A DNA stretch of 64,000 bases, from positions 25,422,001 to 25,486,000 of the forward strand of contig NC_087252.1 of the NCBI RefSeq assembly GCF_037042905.1. The letters are read 5' to 3'. Both the position numbers and the translations under genes were made by a program. Below are positions 1-13,375 of the stretch, one piece after another (the stretch's first letter is position 1; each line of letters opens with the position of its first letter). Source of the DNA: Lytechinus pictus. Its lineage: Eukaryota. Under the pieces are notes generated by a model. The model did not search any database and had not been told where the DNA came from. It saw only the letters and a program-made list of their open reading frames with translations.

Positions 1-471
1 CCGCGGGCGAGACAAAAAACGGGGGACTTGGAGCGGGCTTATTGTAGAAAGGAGGGTCCACGGAACTACAAATGTTTGTGAAAACGGGGGTCCTTGGAAA
101 GGGTCGCCTACGTGTGAGTGCGTATGCTATGGAACGTGCATGCAGCTAGCCCGGCGGCACAGGCGCCGCGTGCGCTAGCGCACAGGCGATGCTTGGACAG
201 CGCTCTGCGGCCGCCTTTCACCAAAATTGCCGCTCATTGTAGCAGATCAATGCGGTCGGAACGGCGTAAAGGAAAATATGCGAAGCTTTGGAACGGATTT
301 CTTTCTTATTTTTTCTCGATAAGAAGAAAATGCTATGCTTTGGAGCAGCTTTCTTTGTTCTTTTTCTCAAAAAGACAAAAATGCAATGCCTTGGAACGGA
401 AATTCGAGTGTAAAAATGGGGGTCCCCTCCGCGGCACATACCCACTATGCATTGAGTGTCCCCTCCGGGGG
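1..471. mobile_element. End of a GC-rich interspersed repeat / MITE-like element (truncated by window start)
   Basis: CpG-rich block with recurring GGGGGTCC(T/C) and TTGGAAC motifs, ending in ...GAGTGTCCCCTCCGGGG against AT-rich flank. The partner end is not in the window. Confidence 0.35.
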
Positions 472-3400
472 TGAACTAAACTGATGGGAAAAGGGTCGAC
501 AGAACGTTTAGCCTCCCTCGTATAGGTACGCCCCCACCCCCCCCCCTCCTGTTGAGATTGAGACTGATTGCTATGTACGCATTAGGTGCAGAGCGGACTG
601 TCAATTTGATAATAAGTTCTGAAAATTAGGTTATCAACTTTTACCTATCAATCATTCAATCAACAATCTGTTAGTAAATCAACTCAATCAATGTGATCAA
701 TCAAATATTCACCTTTTTCAATGAATTATCAATCAAACATTCAGCCTTTTCAATAAATCATTTCATAAATCATCATAATTAGTCAAGTTCTTAATAATCG
801 TTCAATGGAAAAGAAAGACCCGTCAACCATAAGTCACTTGGCATTTAAGTTTTAAATATCATCCAGGAGAAAAAAGGGGTGGAGGACGGGGGTGAGTACA
901 TGACATGTAATTTGTAAGAGAACACAAAGAAGAATTCCCCTTTAAACCAGTCTTACCCTATTTCACCCCCTTGCATGTAACAGGTACCATCATATCACTC
1001 TGACTCTCACAAGCACACTTGCTAAGATTCACATAATAAACTAAAAATGCTATAATAAAATTACAATTTTTGTTTACTCATGCATTACATTTCAATTTAG
1101 TACCTCATGAAATTTGCTTAAGAAACCAAAACTGATCTCAATTCATCAGTAATTTAGCATAACACCCTTAACACCCAACAAGTTCCAAAGAACTCACCTC
1201 TAAAAAAACCTGGAAGGCTACTTTCTGCTCACCCTAGCAAACGCTAGTCTCTCAGGAGGGGTGAAAGGGGTAGAGAGAGAGGGGGGATTAAGTGTTATGT
1301 TGACCCATATCCCGTCAACCTACTTCCCCCACCTAAGTCCTATCCCTATTCTGACTTCCATGAATACATTGCTGAGATCCACTTTAAAAGTGAAACATTT
1401 TTTTTTATATTCACTTATGCATTAAATTTCAATATAATAATTCTTGAAATTTGCTCTAAAAACCTAAATTGATAATGCTTGATCATTGATTTATCAAATA
1501 CCCTCAACTTTGCAAGTTCCAAGGGACTCGCATCTCAAAAACTGAAAGAAATTGGAAGGCTAATTCCTGCCCACCCTAATTTTCATACCTGTGGTTTCAG
1601 TGGGCAGTGCTCGCTCAAGAATGAACAGATGAATAGTTTTTCAACTTTTTGGTGTCATTTGAAAGTTGACTTTATTGGCTTCTATATATGTAAGTGTTTT
1701 CTCCCAAAGTGATATATTTTTTATTTGGCAGCCATTTCAAAAGTGTATAGTTTTTTTGGGGGACGCACCCTATAACTTGTTAGGGATAACTTTTACCAAA
1801 ATAATTTTGCTCGATCATATTTTAAGACAAAATTTAACATCACAATCCTTCGGGTAAATATCTAACAATGCTTGATTTACCCACAGAATAGTATGTAATT
1901 TTGTCTTAAGTTACATAAATACACTTGCAAACACTAACCAGTATTATTGTAATATATTTACTGTGGTTGTTATGAATAACAAACGATTTCATTTGACTCA
2001 AATCGTGGGATTTGTCATCTCTTGGCCCAAAGACCGGTGGACCAAAGGTTGGCAACTGAGAGTCAGATTTAACATAAATATAGGAAAAATATGAATGCAC
2101 AATGAAAACTTCTCATAACTGCTTTAGCTTAAACTTAGTGTGAACAAAATCAACTAACATGTTGTTACACCTCGCAAAAAAAAAACTTCGATTATGTTAT
2201 TTTATAGTGTTATATTTCAAATATATCCTCTTGCTCAACATTCTGCAGCTACTGGGTTGAATGTCAATGCCAATACAATACACATTCTTTGGGTATAATT
2301 GCCTCTGTTTTAGTTTAATCTTTGTACTAGTGTCGTTCTCAAGTAGATTTTCTTATGTTAATTGGGATAAATATTCTCTGAAAACTTTTGTGCCAGCCAA
2401 ATATGTGTCATCTACTGATTCATAGACGCAGTGTGATGTAAAATTTAGAAAAACAGAATAAAATAGCATCACATGAGGGCTTTATTGCTACAAACAAGTT
2501 TTCAGCAATCGAAATTGCATAAAAGGTGTACTGGCTATCTGTTATGTTACCAGAATAAAGATTCGGACACATCAAAGTCATCACCATCAGTCTACACTGT
2601 CAAAATTGAAACCATGAGGTCAAAATTAACAATAGATTGATTTCTCTCTAAGTCTTTAATTAGTTTGTGCTTTTCCTTTCCAAATTTTTGCAGCTCCTAC
2701 ATTTTATTGAAGGTGTAACCCACAACTATATTTTATCTCTCCTCATTTTCTTTACATTAGACAGCCACAATTTCAATCGTATTAATTTCATGATTTACAT
2801 CAACTAATTATACTAATTAGCTTAATTAGGTACCTTTTAAACTTAAAAGTTCAAATTTTACCCACTTATGATTAAAGAATAAATTAGTGAGCCCCAAAAC
2901 TACTACATATTTCAGGTACTGTGATGTTACATATTTTGCTTCTTAATTAAATAAAAAAAATATGCCCCCCTCGTCTACCACCTTGCAAATGACCAATTGA
3001 TGTTACATAATGGCTAATTACTGGTAAATGATGTAATCTCAGGTATTTATTTTTCTTCAAAATAATTGGTGTAAAGATTCCCTTTAATGTGATACAAAAT
3101 ATACCCATGTAGCATATTCATTTCAAGTTTTATACAGTTAATCATTTCTGTGCGATGTGTAACGATACAACCTATTTGTGGGCACAGCATAAAACGCATG
3201 GCCATCCAATAAATTCATCTAGTTCTCATTTAGTAAGTCTAACTACCAAACAAACAAGAAAATATCATAAAGTAGAACATTAATTAAAAAGGAAACGGTG
3301 CTTTATACCAACGTTGGTAAGGAATATAGTTAACATATTAAAATGTGAAAGGAAAATAAAATGAGACAGAGAAGAATAAAGACACATTAATGAAAAAAAA

Positions 3401-3670
3401 AACCGTAATACACAATACAATAAACGAGAGGGGGAAGGGGAACTATTTGTCAAATAACTAGTTAGAACCCCCAAAAGGTTACTATTGTCTTAAACATTAC
3501 AGCTAACAGGGGCGGATCCAGCCTTCGCCAATAGGGGGGGGGGGGCGGATTATTTTAGCCATATTTTCCCCGATCGGCCGCTCGAAGATGATTTTTTGTT
3601 TCTCTAAAGGGGTAGTCCTAATAGTCACTTTTTAGCTTTATTGTTATTAATCAACATAAATATATGATAT

Positions 3671-4410
3671 TGTAGCGACCAAAATACTTTAATCAACCTT
3701 ATTTTTAGTTTTGTCCTATTAAAGACACACTAGTTTCTTTTGCCGCCGTTTTTTAGATACGTCACAGTCTTTACAAATCGTATTACTTATAATTTCCTAC
3801 GCTGACTAAGTAGTCCAGCAATAACATATTTCTTTTATTTCTTAAAAATAACAGTGAAGTATTTGTATATATTAAAAATAAGATTACATATAGCAATTGT
3901 TTTAATATACTCATTTATTACCTGCCTTTTCATTCGGAAGCCGCAATTTATTTTATTAAAATAGTCCGATAACTCATGTCAGGCAAGCCCTTCCGGGAAG
4001 GCATGTTTAGCGTCACTTGCAGGTAATAAGTCATCGAGAAAGGTGGACCAGACCGTACGTCGTCTTAATAATCGATGTTCTGTTTGTACGTGGCAAGGCA
4101 GTTTTAATTACAGTAATCAGCCAATGTACGTTATTTAATATTGAACGATTAAATGATGATATTAATGTATGTTGAATTATGATGTTTTATGGCAGTTAAC
4201 TATTCAATTCCGAATTATATTTGATATACTTTGATTTACCTGATATGTGATCCATCGACCGCCTTTACATATTCTGTATTTCTGTTTTTATTTCTGTACA
4301 ATGCAGGGGTTTCTTTCTCCTTCATTAAAAGTCACCAATCTAAAACTTGACTCCAGCAATGTTTTCTGTCGGGTGTATATCTCAAACGAGGAACCTGCAC
4401 GGTTTCTTCA
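3671..4410 (+). mobile_element. Probable solo LTR (740 bp), Gypsy-like
   Basis: Begins TGTAGCGACC and ends TTCTTCA (TG...CA); ATAT on both sides (3667-3670, 4411-4414); ATTAAA near 4324. It lies inside the 3507-7126 element. Confidence 0.6.
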
Positions 4411-5086
4411 ATATCACAATCCTTATTTATATAATGCGAGCGCGAAGCGCCGGCTAGATTTTTAGGAAATCTTAAAATTTGAACATTCTGGGCTATGTTT
4501 GTTATCCTGATAAAGACGTGTATGCAACTAAATAAGAACGCAAAACGCAAAGCGCAAGCGGAAATAAACTGTCGGAAAAGGTACATGTTAAAGATTGAAT
4601 GTAGTTAGCCAGGAAGACGTTTCATATTTCAAAAATCAAATAATGCGAGCGCGAAGGGCGAGCTGAAATTTTTTGACATTTTTACCCGAAGAATGGAAAT
4701 TCTAAGCACTCTTTTGTAACTTAAACAGAATAGGTATATAACCAAACAATTAATGCGAGCGCGAAGCGTGAGCGGAATATTTTGAGATTGAGACCTACTG
4801 AACGAGACACTCTATTCATGTTTTGTAAATCATGAAAAGGATGAGTAATTGGAGATCTTCCTTACATTAATAATGCGAGCGCAAAGCGCGAGCAGAAAAT
4901 TTTCATATGCGTTTTGAACTGATCGAAAAGGTACCTGTTAAGGACTGTCACTTAGCCATGAAGACGTTACATATTTGAACAATCAAATAATGCGAGCGCG
5001 AAGAGAGAGATGAAAATTTTTGACATTTCTACATAAAGAATGGAAAGTTTTAATCAATTTTTATTATCGTGAACAAGATAGCTATA

Positions 5087-6064
5087 CAGTGCGTATCAAA
5101 AAAAGTTTACAACTAGAAAAAATCCTGTAAAATTGTACATTTGTAATATCCTGAAGATTTTCCACATTTTAACATTGGTACAGCTCCATTTCAGCAAATG
5201 ACGATATAATTTTGCAAAAATATTTCCGCTTGAGTGAGCACCACTTACTTTTGAAAAGTAATTGAAAAATAATTTGAACTTTGAAATAGTTATGCGAATA
5301 AAAGTAGACCTTTAAAGAACACGTGGAATTTAGCTAGTAAAATTGATTTGACGATATCTTTTACCTTTTTAAACTTGTTTCCTTGCCCAAAACACTTCGA
5401 AGAGTGCATTGCGCCCCACCCCACTCCCCCACACACCGAGGCCATCGTGACGATATTTGCTTTACACTGAGCTGTGATTTACGTGAAATGGCTTGGGCTT
5501 GATTTTCATTTTGTTAATCATTGTCAAGTTTGGGAAAAGTGTGGAGATACAAGTATTAAATGAAAAATGAAATGTAAACCCACTTTAAAGGATAAAAACT
5601 TAGTGAAAAAATGCTGGAGATGTCTGATATCAACTTTTGTTCAGATTCAGTTATGTCCTCAGATCCAGCTGGCACAAAAGGGTAAAGGATGTGCTTTCTA
5701 AGTGCTGAAATTTCAATTCGGGTGGCAAAATTGTTACAAAATGCTTCAGTTCAAATGTATCAGTTTTATTTCAACTGACTAAAAGTGCAAGGGAAATGTG
5801 TGAGAAATGTTTCGCAGGGTAAGTTTGATTTCGCCCTTTCTCTCTGAAACAGCATGAAAACGAGCATTTCTGCGCAAACAGATTTCTGCGAGCTTTACAA
5901 AAATGGACAGTACTCACTCAAGTGTAAAATTCTGTCAAAACCTTTACTTTCATTGGATAGATGAGACCCAAAGCCAAGATTATATGTGAAAAAATTACCC
6001 AAATGTTGTATATTGTTTTATTCCCAGGGCTTTTTCAAAGTGTAAACTTTTTTTATACGCAATG
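5087..6064. mobile_element. Tc1/mariner-type MITE
   Basis: TA|CAGTGCGTATCAAAAAAAGTTTACA ... TGTAAACTTTTTTTATACGCAATG|TA: imperfect ~25-bp TIRs, TA TSD, no transposase. Confidence 0.75.
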
Positions 6065-8162
6065 TATAACTAAACAATTGATGAGACCGCAAAGCGCGAG
6101 CGGAAAAAAATCGGGATTTAGACCTAAAAACGGGACAATCTATTCATGTTTTGTAAATCATGAAAAGAATGAGTAATAGCCTAATAGGGGATATTTGTAC
6201 ATTAATCATGAGAACACAAAGCGCGAGCAAAATTTTTTTGATATTGTGATCTGAAACTGGATAATAATAATGTCCTTATAGGACATGTCATCATATGAAA
6301 ATGAAGACTGCATGTCTTCCTATTCCTCTTGCTAAGCTCGATATGAAACAAAGGGGACAATAATTAAATCATTAAATTAATATCTTATTCATTAATGCCT
6401 AATGAGGGCACGAACTCTGATGATTTGATGGCCTGAAAACTGTACATTTCAATCACTTTTGTAATTATAACTAGGATGCATCAGTTAATATATTATTAAC
6501 CATTAATGCGAGCGCAAATTGCAAGCCTAATTTTTTTTTATACACTGTTATGAAAAGTGGATTTTAAGTAGTTTGTTGTATAATCAATGTTGAGACATAT
6601 ATAAATCGCTAAAAAAATGCTAGCTGATACGTTTTGACAATCAGACCTGAAAAGGGATATTTTGAAAACTTTATGGAATGCACGAAAATAATAGGTAACC
6701 TGATAAATCAAAATTTGCGAGCGCGCAGCGCGAGCAGAAAATGTTAATATTCAGACCATAAAACTGACATTCTTACAGAGCACTTTTTAAAAGTCAATTT
6801 TTAAATCACACAAAATAATGAAATTTCGATTTCCGAGATGAAATATGTTTTGTATATTATATATTGATATTTAAACTCCATATTGAACAAGATATTTAAG
6901 GGCGAGTGAAATTTTTGTTTTATGACATGAAAGATTTTCTTAATTATTTTCCAAGTCTTACCCTCACGTTATTTTATTCACTCGTCTTCTTCCTCTTCTG
7001 TTTCCCCCTTTTTTTCTCCTCTCTCTTCCCTTCTTTTTTTCTTTCTTTCCCCTTTTCCTTTTTTTGCTCCGCCAATAGGGGGGGGGGGGGGGGGGGGGGG
7101 CTCGGGCCCCCCTGGATCCGCCTATGGCTAATACTATACATGAGATCTTCTATATTTTAAATGATGGATATCTCGCAACTTTGAAATTATATCCTTATAA
7201 AAAAAATTTGGCTCGAATGAACAAATTCTTATCACAACTTTTAAAATGAAAAACACCCTTTCAAGATTAGCTATAGGAGAATGACCCCATTCGAGAACAT
7301 CATAATTGGAAGAATTAATATTGAATTATTATATCATAAATAACGATTTGGAAGAAGGATTTGAAATTGTATTCCATTTTTTTAGGGTGGAGTTGGAGGC
7401 TTGAAGACATGATTTTCCATGTGCAATGACCTCAGACCTTTGTCGTTATTACTCAGTAGATCATTAAACGTAACATCTCTTGGAATCTCTTTATCTTGTG
7501 TTGCTTAAAGAGCATATAATTTGTTTTCTGTAGATAATTCAATCCACAAAGTGACTATCATTAATTCACCAATTACATTTTTAAATAGGACTATAGGTTT
7601 TTGTTTGAAAACACTAACTAAAAAAGACATGAATACAATTCACGATGAAAGATCAAGCATTTTATGAAAACACGTTTTATCTGACAATTATGATAGTAAC
7701 AGCGCTTCTCAGCCAATCAAAATCAAGGAAAGATGTCAGATCTAACAATCTGTAGAGACAAAAATGTCGATGAAACCCTCCCCAGAGGTCTATTGAAAAC
7801 AATTAATGTATTAATAAAGTAACAGACCAAGGAGAGTTCACAGAGGACTTGAACAGCACATGTGACATTATCCATCTGTAAAAGAGAGTCAATCCTTTTT
7901 ATAGGGACCAATTGTGTCCTGCAAGCGAAGTAACTCTTGAACCAGTCCAATGATGCGCCCTGATTGGAATATCATGATTTACTTTCGCCATAAAGGTACC
8001 ACCTCACATTCCTCGGTACATTTTATTGATAAAGTATTACAATTCAACAACAAGAAATGCTTAGACCTATATGTATTCTATGTTAGTCAATTCGTAATTT
8101 TTTCAGCATTAATTAGGGCCATAAATGCTTTTTATGCTAATTGTAATTTCTAGCAAGATTAC

Positions 8163-8261
8163 CTTCTATTCCACCGTTGTGGGCATTCCGACGTCTACGT
8201 TTCCACCAAACATGCCAAATGTAAAGCACCACTGCAGCCCCAAGGAGAACGTTCAAAATAA
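8163..8261 (-). CDS. Transmembrane / stop-transfer exon of an Ig-superfamily membrane protein
   Basis: ttttccag acceptor and G|gtaatc donor; 99 nt, phase 1-1. Encodes (V)ILNVLLGAAVVLYIWHVWWKRRRRNAHNGGIE, which continues the hydrophobic stretch IPVTIAVII from the previous exon. Confidence 0.8.
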
Positions 8262-8669
8262 CTGGAAAACATAATAGAATGATGAGCTAGAATTGTGAAA
8301 GTGGATTAAGGTTTCTCTCCCTAATTTTTATTTGAATTATTCATTTTTTTTTTGGGGGGGGGGAGGGTGGGGGTTGCGTTCTTCTTCATCTTCTCGTTAT
8401 AATTTTTATCATAATTATTGCTATTATATTACTATTATTATGATTATTCTCTAGATGTGTCAAGCGGCTTAAATACATGATTTTTTGGTATTATATGATA
8501 TCAGCTATACTGAGAGCTAATCTTAGCACATTCTCCACGTGGCATGTATCCTTCCTTTCAAGAAAGCATAGTATTTGTTGCTCGGGGGGGGGGGCATTTT
8601 TAGGTTAACAGCATTTCGTGCGAAGGAAAAATAATTTATTTAGTGGATGGAGAAGAAATTGGAAATTAC

Positions 8670-9080
8670 CAATTATCACTGCTATGGTTACAGGAATTCC
8701 TTCTTTCATACTCTCGACAGTTACTGGTATCGTTTCCGCGGGAATTGAAAGAGATGATCCCACCAAGATCGATGCGGCTTTCCGTTCTCTCGATCCGGGT
8801 ACATCTGACGCAACGCATGTATATAAAGTTTCACTTGGGCCAACTTCGATGGAAATCGACTTGTTTTTCGTTGAATCAACATTAGTTTGCTCCTCATTAT
8901 GTATGGTAGTCATCTGTTTAGTTCCATGTAGGAAGAAAAGTTCTATATGTGGGTAGTAATTGGTCACCGAGCAGGTTAAGGTAACAGTTTTGTTGGTTGG
9001 AACACGGCAAGGCTCTGGATTGCTGTCCGATGACCTATTAATACACTCATCGATAACTGGATAGGGTTCTTCCGGGGGAG
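8670..9080 (-). CDS. C-type Ig-like domain + stalk exon
   Basis: Polypyrimidine-caactttcag acceptor and G|gtaatt donor; 411 nt, phase 1-1. Encodes APPEEPYPVIDEC...TVTLTCSVTNYYPHIELFF...LYTCVASD...IPVTIAVII, with the Ig B-strand and F-strand cysteines. Confidence 0.8.
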
Positions 9081-9561
9081 CTGAAAGTTGAAAAAAAGGG
9101 GGAGTGGGATGACCTCCATTAATAGATTGACATCACTTTTGGGCAATCATGGGATTGGGATTAACTGCTACTTAGGTTCAGTTTTTTATATAGAAAAATA
9201 ATATTTCGTGCAAGTTATATTTGTATATCAATATCGCAGAAAGAAAATCATATAGATCTGTCAGCCTACCAAAATATCCTTTTCAGAAGTCTTAGTACTG
9301 TCAATGCAAACTACACATCTAAAAAATTCAACGGCCAAAACAATAATTAGAGATGTTCTTTTATGTAAAATCACTAATTGTTGTCAAGAGTGCTTATTGC
9401 ATTTCCATTAAAAGTATTTGAATGTGAGGATAAAATGCATATTATGTTCCACGTAAGATCATCTCAACGCTATTGAGCTCCAAAAGATATATTCATCTGG
9501 CGAAAAGAGTTTACCATAATATCTATTCAAAAGGGGTGGAGACATAATGATGAAATCTTAC

Positions 9562-9909
9562 CATATAACCTAACGTCTGTAAAATTATGTATGATGTTCC
9601 CCTTGTAGTTTGCAACTCTACAGATATATCGACCTTGTTCGGAAATGCCGACGTCCTTGATGATCAACGAATAATTTTCATTCATCTCCATGATCTCACA
9701 TACCCTTTGACCTTCACATTTACCGGTAGCGTCATCAGTTGGGATCCATGAGACAAGATTTGGTGATCGTCTAGGATCATATCCTTTCTTCCAATAGACA
9801 GCCAATGGTGAACCTTGAAATCGACATGTCAGGACTGCTCTGGCTCCTATTCTTACATCTTTGTGTAACTCAGTCCAGACAACATCATCAGGAACATCAC
9901 CTCGTATCC
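9562..9909 (-). CDS. V-set Ig domain exon
   Basis: tcattcag acceptor and G|gtaag donor; 348 nt, phase 1-1. Motifs AVLTC, VYWKK, YSLII and EQGRYICRV match the Ig V-set Cys-Trp-Cys / xGxYxC pattern. Confidence 0.85.
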
Positions 9910-10476
9910 CTGAATGACACAAATAAGGTTATTCAAAATTTAGTAAACCTGCATTATTTTTTTAATGTTCGTAGTTTTGTCTCATTTCAATCTATTGAAG
10001 CATACATGAAGGTAAATAAATCTAAGAATGTTTTAAAAAATCAAAGCTTGTAGGACATCAACCTTTTAGGCAATTTTGCGTCTGACATACGCATATTGTA
10101 TTATTTCCGAACCGCGTACCCGGGAGTCGCAAAATGGTCTCAATATAGATGCACAAGACTCGAAAGTAGAAAGTCAGGGAGCGTTTCCGGCCCTAAAAAT
10201 ATCGCGCGGCGGCGTAGTCAGGAAATACATTGAGGCGCGTCAATTTGCCCCCCCCCCTCGAGTTAAAGCAAACAATTCAACTGTAACTGGTTCAAATATC
10301 CAAGTCCCTGCTACCCATTGAAAACGACAACTCATTATGTACAAATGCATTTCATTCACAATTGATGGATGTTTTTTATTCATCAATGCTCACTTTATGT
10401 GGATTGAATATACTTGTGTGAAATGAGCGAGAATGGAAAATATACAAAGTAGTTATAGGTTAGACCTCATCCTAAT

Positions 10477-10840
10477 TGACCTTTGACCCGGTCAGCCACG
10501 ACCTTTGACCAAATGACCTTTAGGCCGGTCAGCCTTTGACCTTTGACCCGGTCAGCCACGACCTTTGACCCATGACCTTTAACCTGGTCAGCCATGACCT
10601 TTAGCCCGGTCAGCCACGACCTTTGACCCATGACCTTTAACCTGGTCAGCCATGACCTTTAGCCCGGTCAGCCTTTGACCTTTAGCCCGGTCAGCCATGA
10701 CCTTTAGTCCGGTCAGCCTTTGACCTTTAGCCTGTCAGCCTTTGACCTTAAGCCCGGTCAGCCTTTGACCGCATGAACTTTACCCTGGTCAGCCTTTGAC
10801 CACACGACCCGATGGGTTGACCCAGACTTCCGGTCAGCCA
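10477..10840 (+). repeat. Subterminal short-repeat array (GACCTTTGACCCGGTCAGCC-type), left arm; mirrored at ~15830-16193
   Basis: Direct reading: many variants of (T/C)GACCTTT(G/A) and GGTCAGCC. Confidence 0.9.
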
Positions 10841-10841
10841 T

Positions 10842-11497
10842 GTCACCATGAAATGGTATTACGACACAGTTACGCAACCACCGTGATGTCATAGAATTAC
10901 CCTTATTACACCCTACGGTATTGCACCACCGTTGCGTCATCGCCGCGTATGGATGACTTCTGGTCGACCTTATCACACGATGCAGCGACGTTGCACGGGC
11001 ATATCATACGATGCACAAAAAGACATCTATACAGTTTCTTATCTTAAAAGTTATCATTCTCCGCCTACAGCGGATATGTCAAGCGCCTCGTATGACGTCA
11101 CCAGTTACGCAAGCACCGTGATGTCATATCCCAGGGAATTACCCTTTACCCGGTATTGCACCACCGTGGCGCAATCGTCTCGTATAGGATACGATGCACA
11201 AAACAGACGTAAGATTTCTGCACAGTTTCCTATTGAAAAATTGATCTTTCTCCGCCTATATACCAGCGGATATGTCAAGTGCCTCGCATGACGTCACCAT
11301 GAAATGGTGTTAGCGACGCAACCACCGTGATGTCATCCCAGGGAATTACCCTTATCGCACCGTATCGGGATTGCACCACCGTGGCGCAATCGTCACGTAT
11401 AGGATACGATGCACAAAACAGACGTATGATTTCTACACAGTTTCCTATTGAAAAAAAAATCTTTCTCTGCCTACCAGCAGATATGTCAAGTGCCTCG
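10842..11497 (+). repeat. Three degenerate ~200-250-bp tandem repeats, left arm; mirrored at ~15173-15828
   Basis: GTCACCA...GCAACCACCGTGATGTCAT...TTGCACCACCG...TACGATGCACAAAA...GATATGTCAAG recurs at ~10842, ~11097 and ~11293. Confidence 0.85.
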
Positions 11498-12194
11498 CGG
11501 TTCACGAATCAATCACCCCATGCACGGCCAACGCGCGTCATTGAGCTTGGGATATCCTATTGGAAAGCTAGGTGAAAACCGACTCTCTCTCTGCCTCTTA
11601 TTACAACAATTATTGGTAATCCAACATGTGATTATAATCATGATAATAGTGACATCTCAGGCTCTACTCATTCCATACTTTTCCTCATCAAAACTCTCTG
11701 ATTTTTTCATACTGTTTTGTTCATATTTCCATACTTTTCATTTTAACTGCCCGGCTCTCTGACTCGCAAAAAGTATACTATATTGAAACCAGTAGATGAC
11801 TCCTTTAAATCAATTTCATTCATCCGCAGTACAGATGGTGATAACATGAAACACTATACAGTCAAGGATGATTCTTTATTTTTATCATTTATTCTATTCC
11901 ATTTCAATGTAGATAGGTTCAGATATTGTATAAACAGCAGATTTTGATACAAAGGTAAAATAATGTAAGTTATGTTATCAAATTATGTTGTAATAACAAA
12001 CTAATTGTTAACTGTTCATTGTAAATATTAAAGTGAAGTTCTCGTTTTTCTATTGCTTCGCTTAACTTAATGGATTGTAACACATGTCTATGGATGGCAT
12101 TCAGAAAATATGAACACAATGAAGTTCAAACTGTCATTTATGTTGACGGCGTTTTCTTGGATTATTATTATTCGACAAGCTGATGTTTGTGCCT

Positions 12195-12842
12195 TTAGTT
12201 GTAGACTCCATCTTCACCCTCCGTTTCTTCTCCACCATCATCATCGTCATCGTCACCTTGATACTGGAATAAACCATCGAATTGTGAACCATGCCTGGCC
12301 AACACTCTCTGTACGGCTTTCCGGAATTCCATGCCATTCTCTAATCTTTCCGAGAGATCGGACACGATTTCATGATTGATGTCAGCGTCTTCGAGGTACA
12401 CGTTCTGCTGCAAGAACTGAGAGTAAAGATCGAAAAAGATGCGTTTGACTGCCCACATTAGTTTCACGTGAGCCTTTGCTTTAGCGTCTTCTTCTTCCAT
12501 TCCTTCTGAGATGTATTTCTGATATTTTTCGTCTCTCAAGTCCTTGGTGGCCGTCATGGCTTGCTCTAACCATCCTCAATAAGCGAGGTTGTCTTCAGTT
12601 TCTTCCATGTTTGCTGTCATTGACGATTCGTGTCCATCGCTTTCTGATACACTCGTTTCGGAATCATCGTTGGATTCTTCAATTCTTTGCATTTGAGAGG
12701 GTGGGTCGGAGTCTTCATCTTCACTCGTTTCTTCTCCAGTATCATGCTCATTTTGTTCATGCCTCTGCATATCATACTTCCTACTAAAAGTTTTATCGCA
12801 TCGTGAACAAGCGTAACGGTTGGACATATCCAACGTATTCAT
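12195..12842 (-). pseudogene. C2H2 zinc-finger / acidic / helical protein (215 aa consensus), left-arm copy with one premature stop
   Basis: YACSRCDKTFSRKYDMQRHEQNEH finger. 648 nt in one frame, with TGA at 12578-12576 where the right arm has CGA (Arg). Confidence 0.75.
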
Positions 12843-12934
12843 GCTGACTCGATGATTATTTGTTGGGAAATGAAGAAAATTAACGTTCAACCTTGTAATT
12901 ATACGTAATCATGAAACGCACGCGAAGGTACTTT

Positions 12935-13304
12935 GATTCTTACAGATTTTTACAGATTCTTACGAATTTTTACGGATTCTTACGGATTCTTACGGATTTT
13001 TGCGGATTCTTACGGATTTTTACGGATTCTTACGGATTTTTGCGGATTCTTACGGATTTTTACGGATTCTTACGGATTTTTGCGGATTCTTACGGATTTT
13101 TACGGATTCTTACGGATTTTTGCGGATTCTTACGGATTTTTGCGGATTCTTACGGATTTTTGCGGATTCTTACAGATTTTTGCGGATTCTTACGAATTCT
13201 AGCTTACGGATTCTTACAGATTCTTACGGATTCTCACGGATTTTTGCGGATTCTTAAGGATTCTTACGGATTAGAGCTTATGGATTTTTACGGATTCTAC
13301 GGAT
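12935..13304 (+). repeat. 10-bp minisatellite (TACGGATTCT / TACGGATTTT / TGCGGATTCT), left arm
   Basis: Direct reading of tandem 10-mers. Confidence 0.95.
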
Positions 13305-13375
13305 TAATTGATGCTTTCATATATTCTCAAGGAAAATACATGTATGTTCATCCACGTTGGAATGACCCATGCAGC

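Larger units (their letters stand above)
3507..7126. mobile_element. Non-autonomous TIR DNA transposon with 5-bp TSD (hAT5-like), carrying nested insertions
   Basis: Ends CAGGGGCGGATCCAG (3507) and CTGGATCCGCCTATG (7126); GCTAA directly flanks both ends (3502-3506, 7127-7131). Internally there are degenerate ~120-bp repeats with core AATGCGAGCGCGAAGCGCGAGC. Confidence 0.75.

Noticed and set aside
7723..7950. ORF starting DWFKSYF..RTQ.V
   Set aside because: At most a tiny decayed LINE RT remnant; too short to call.
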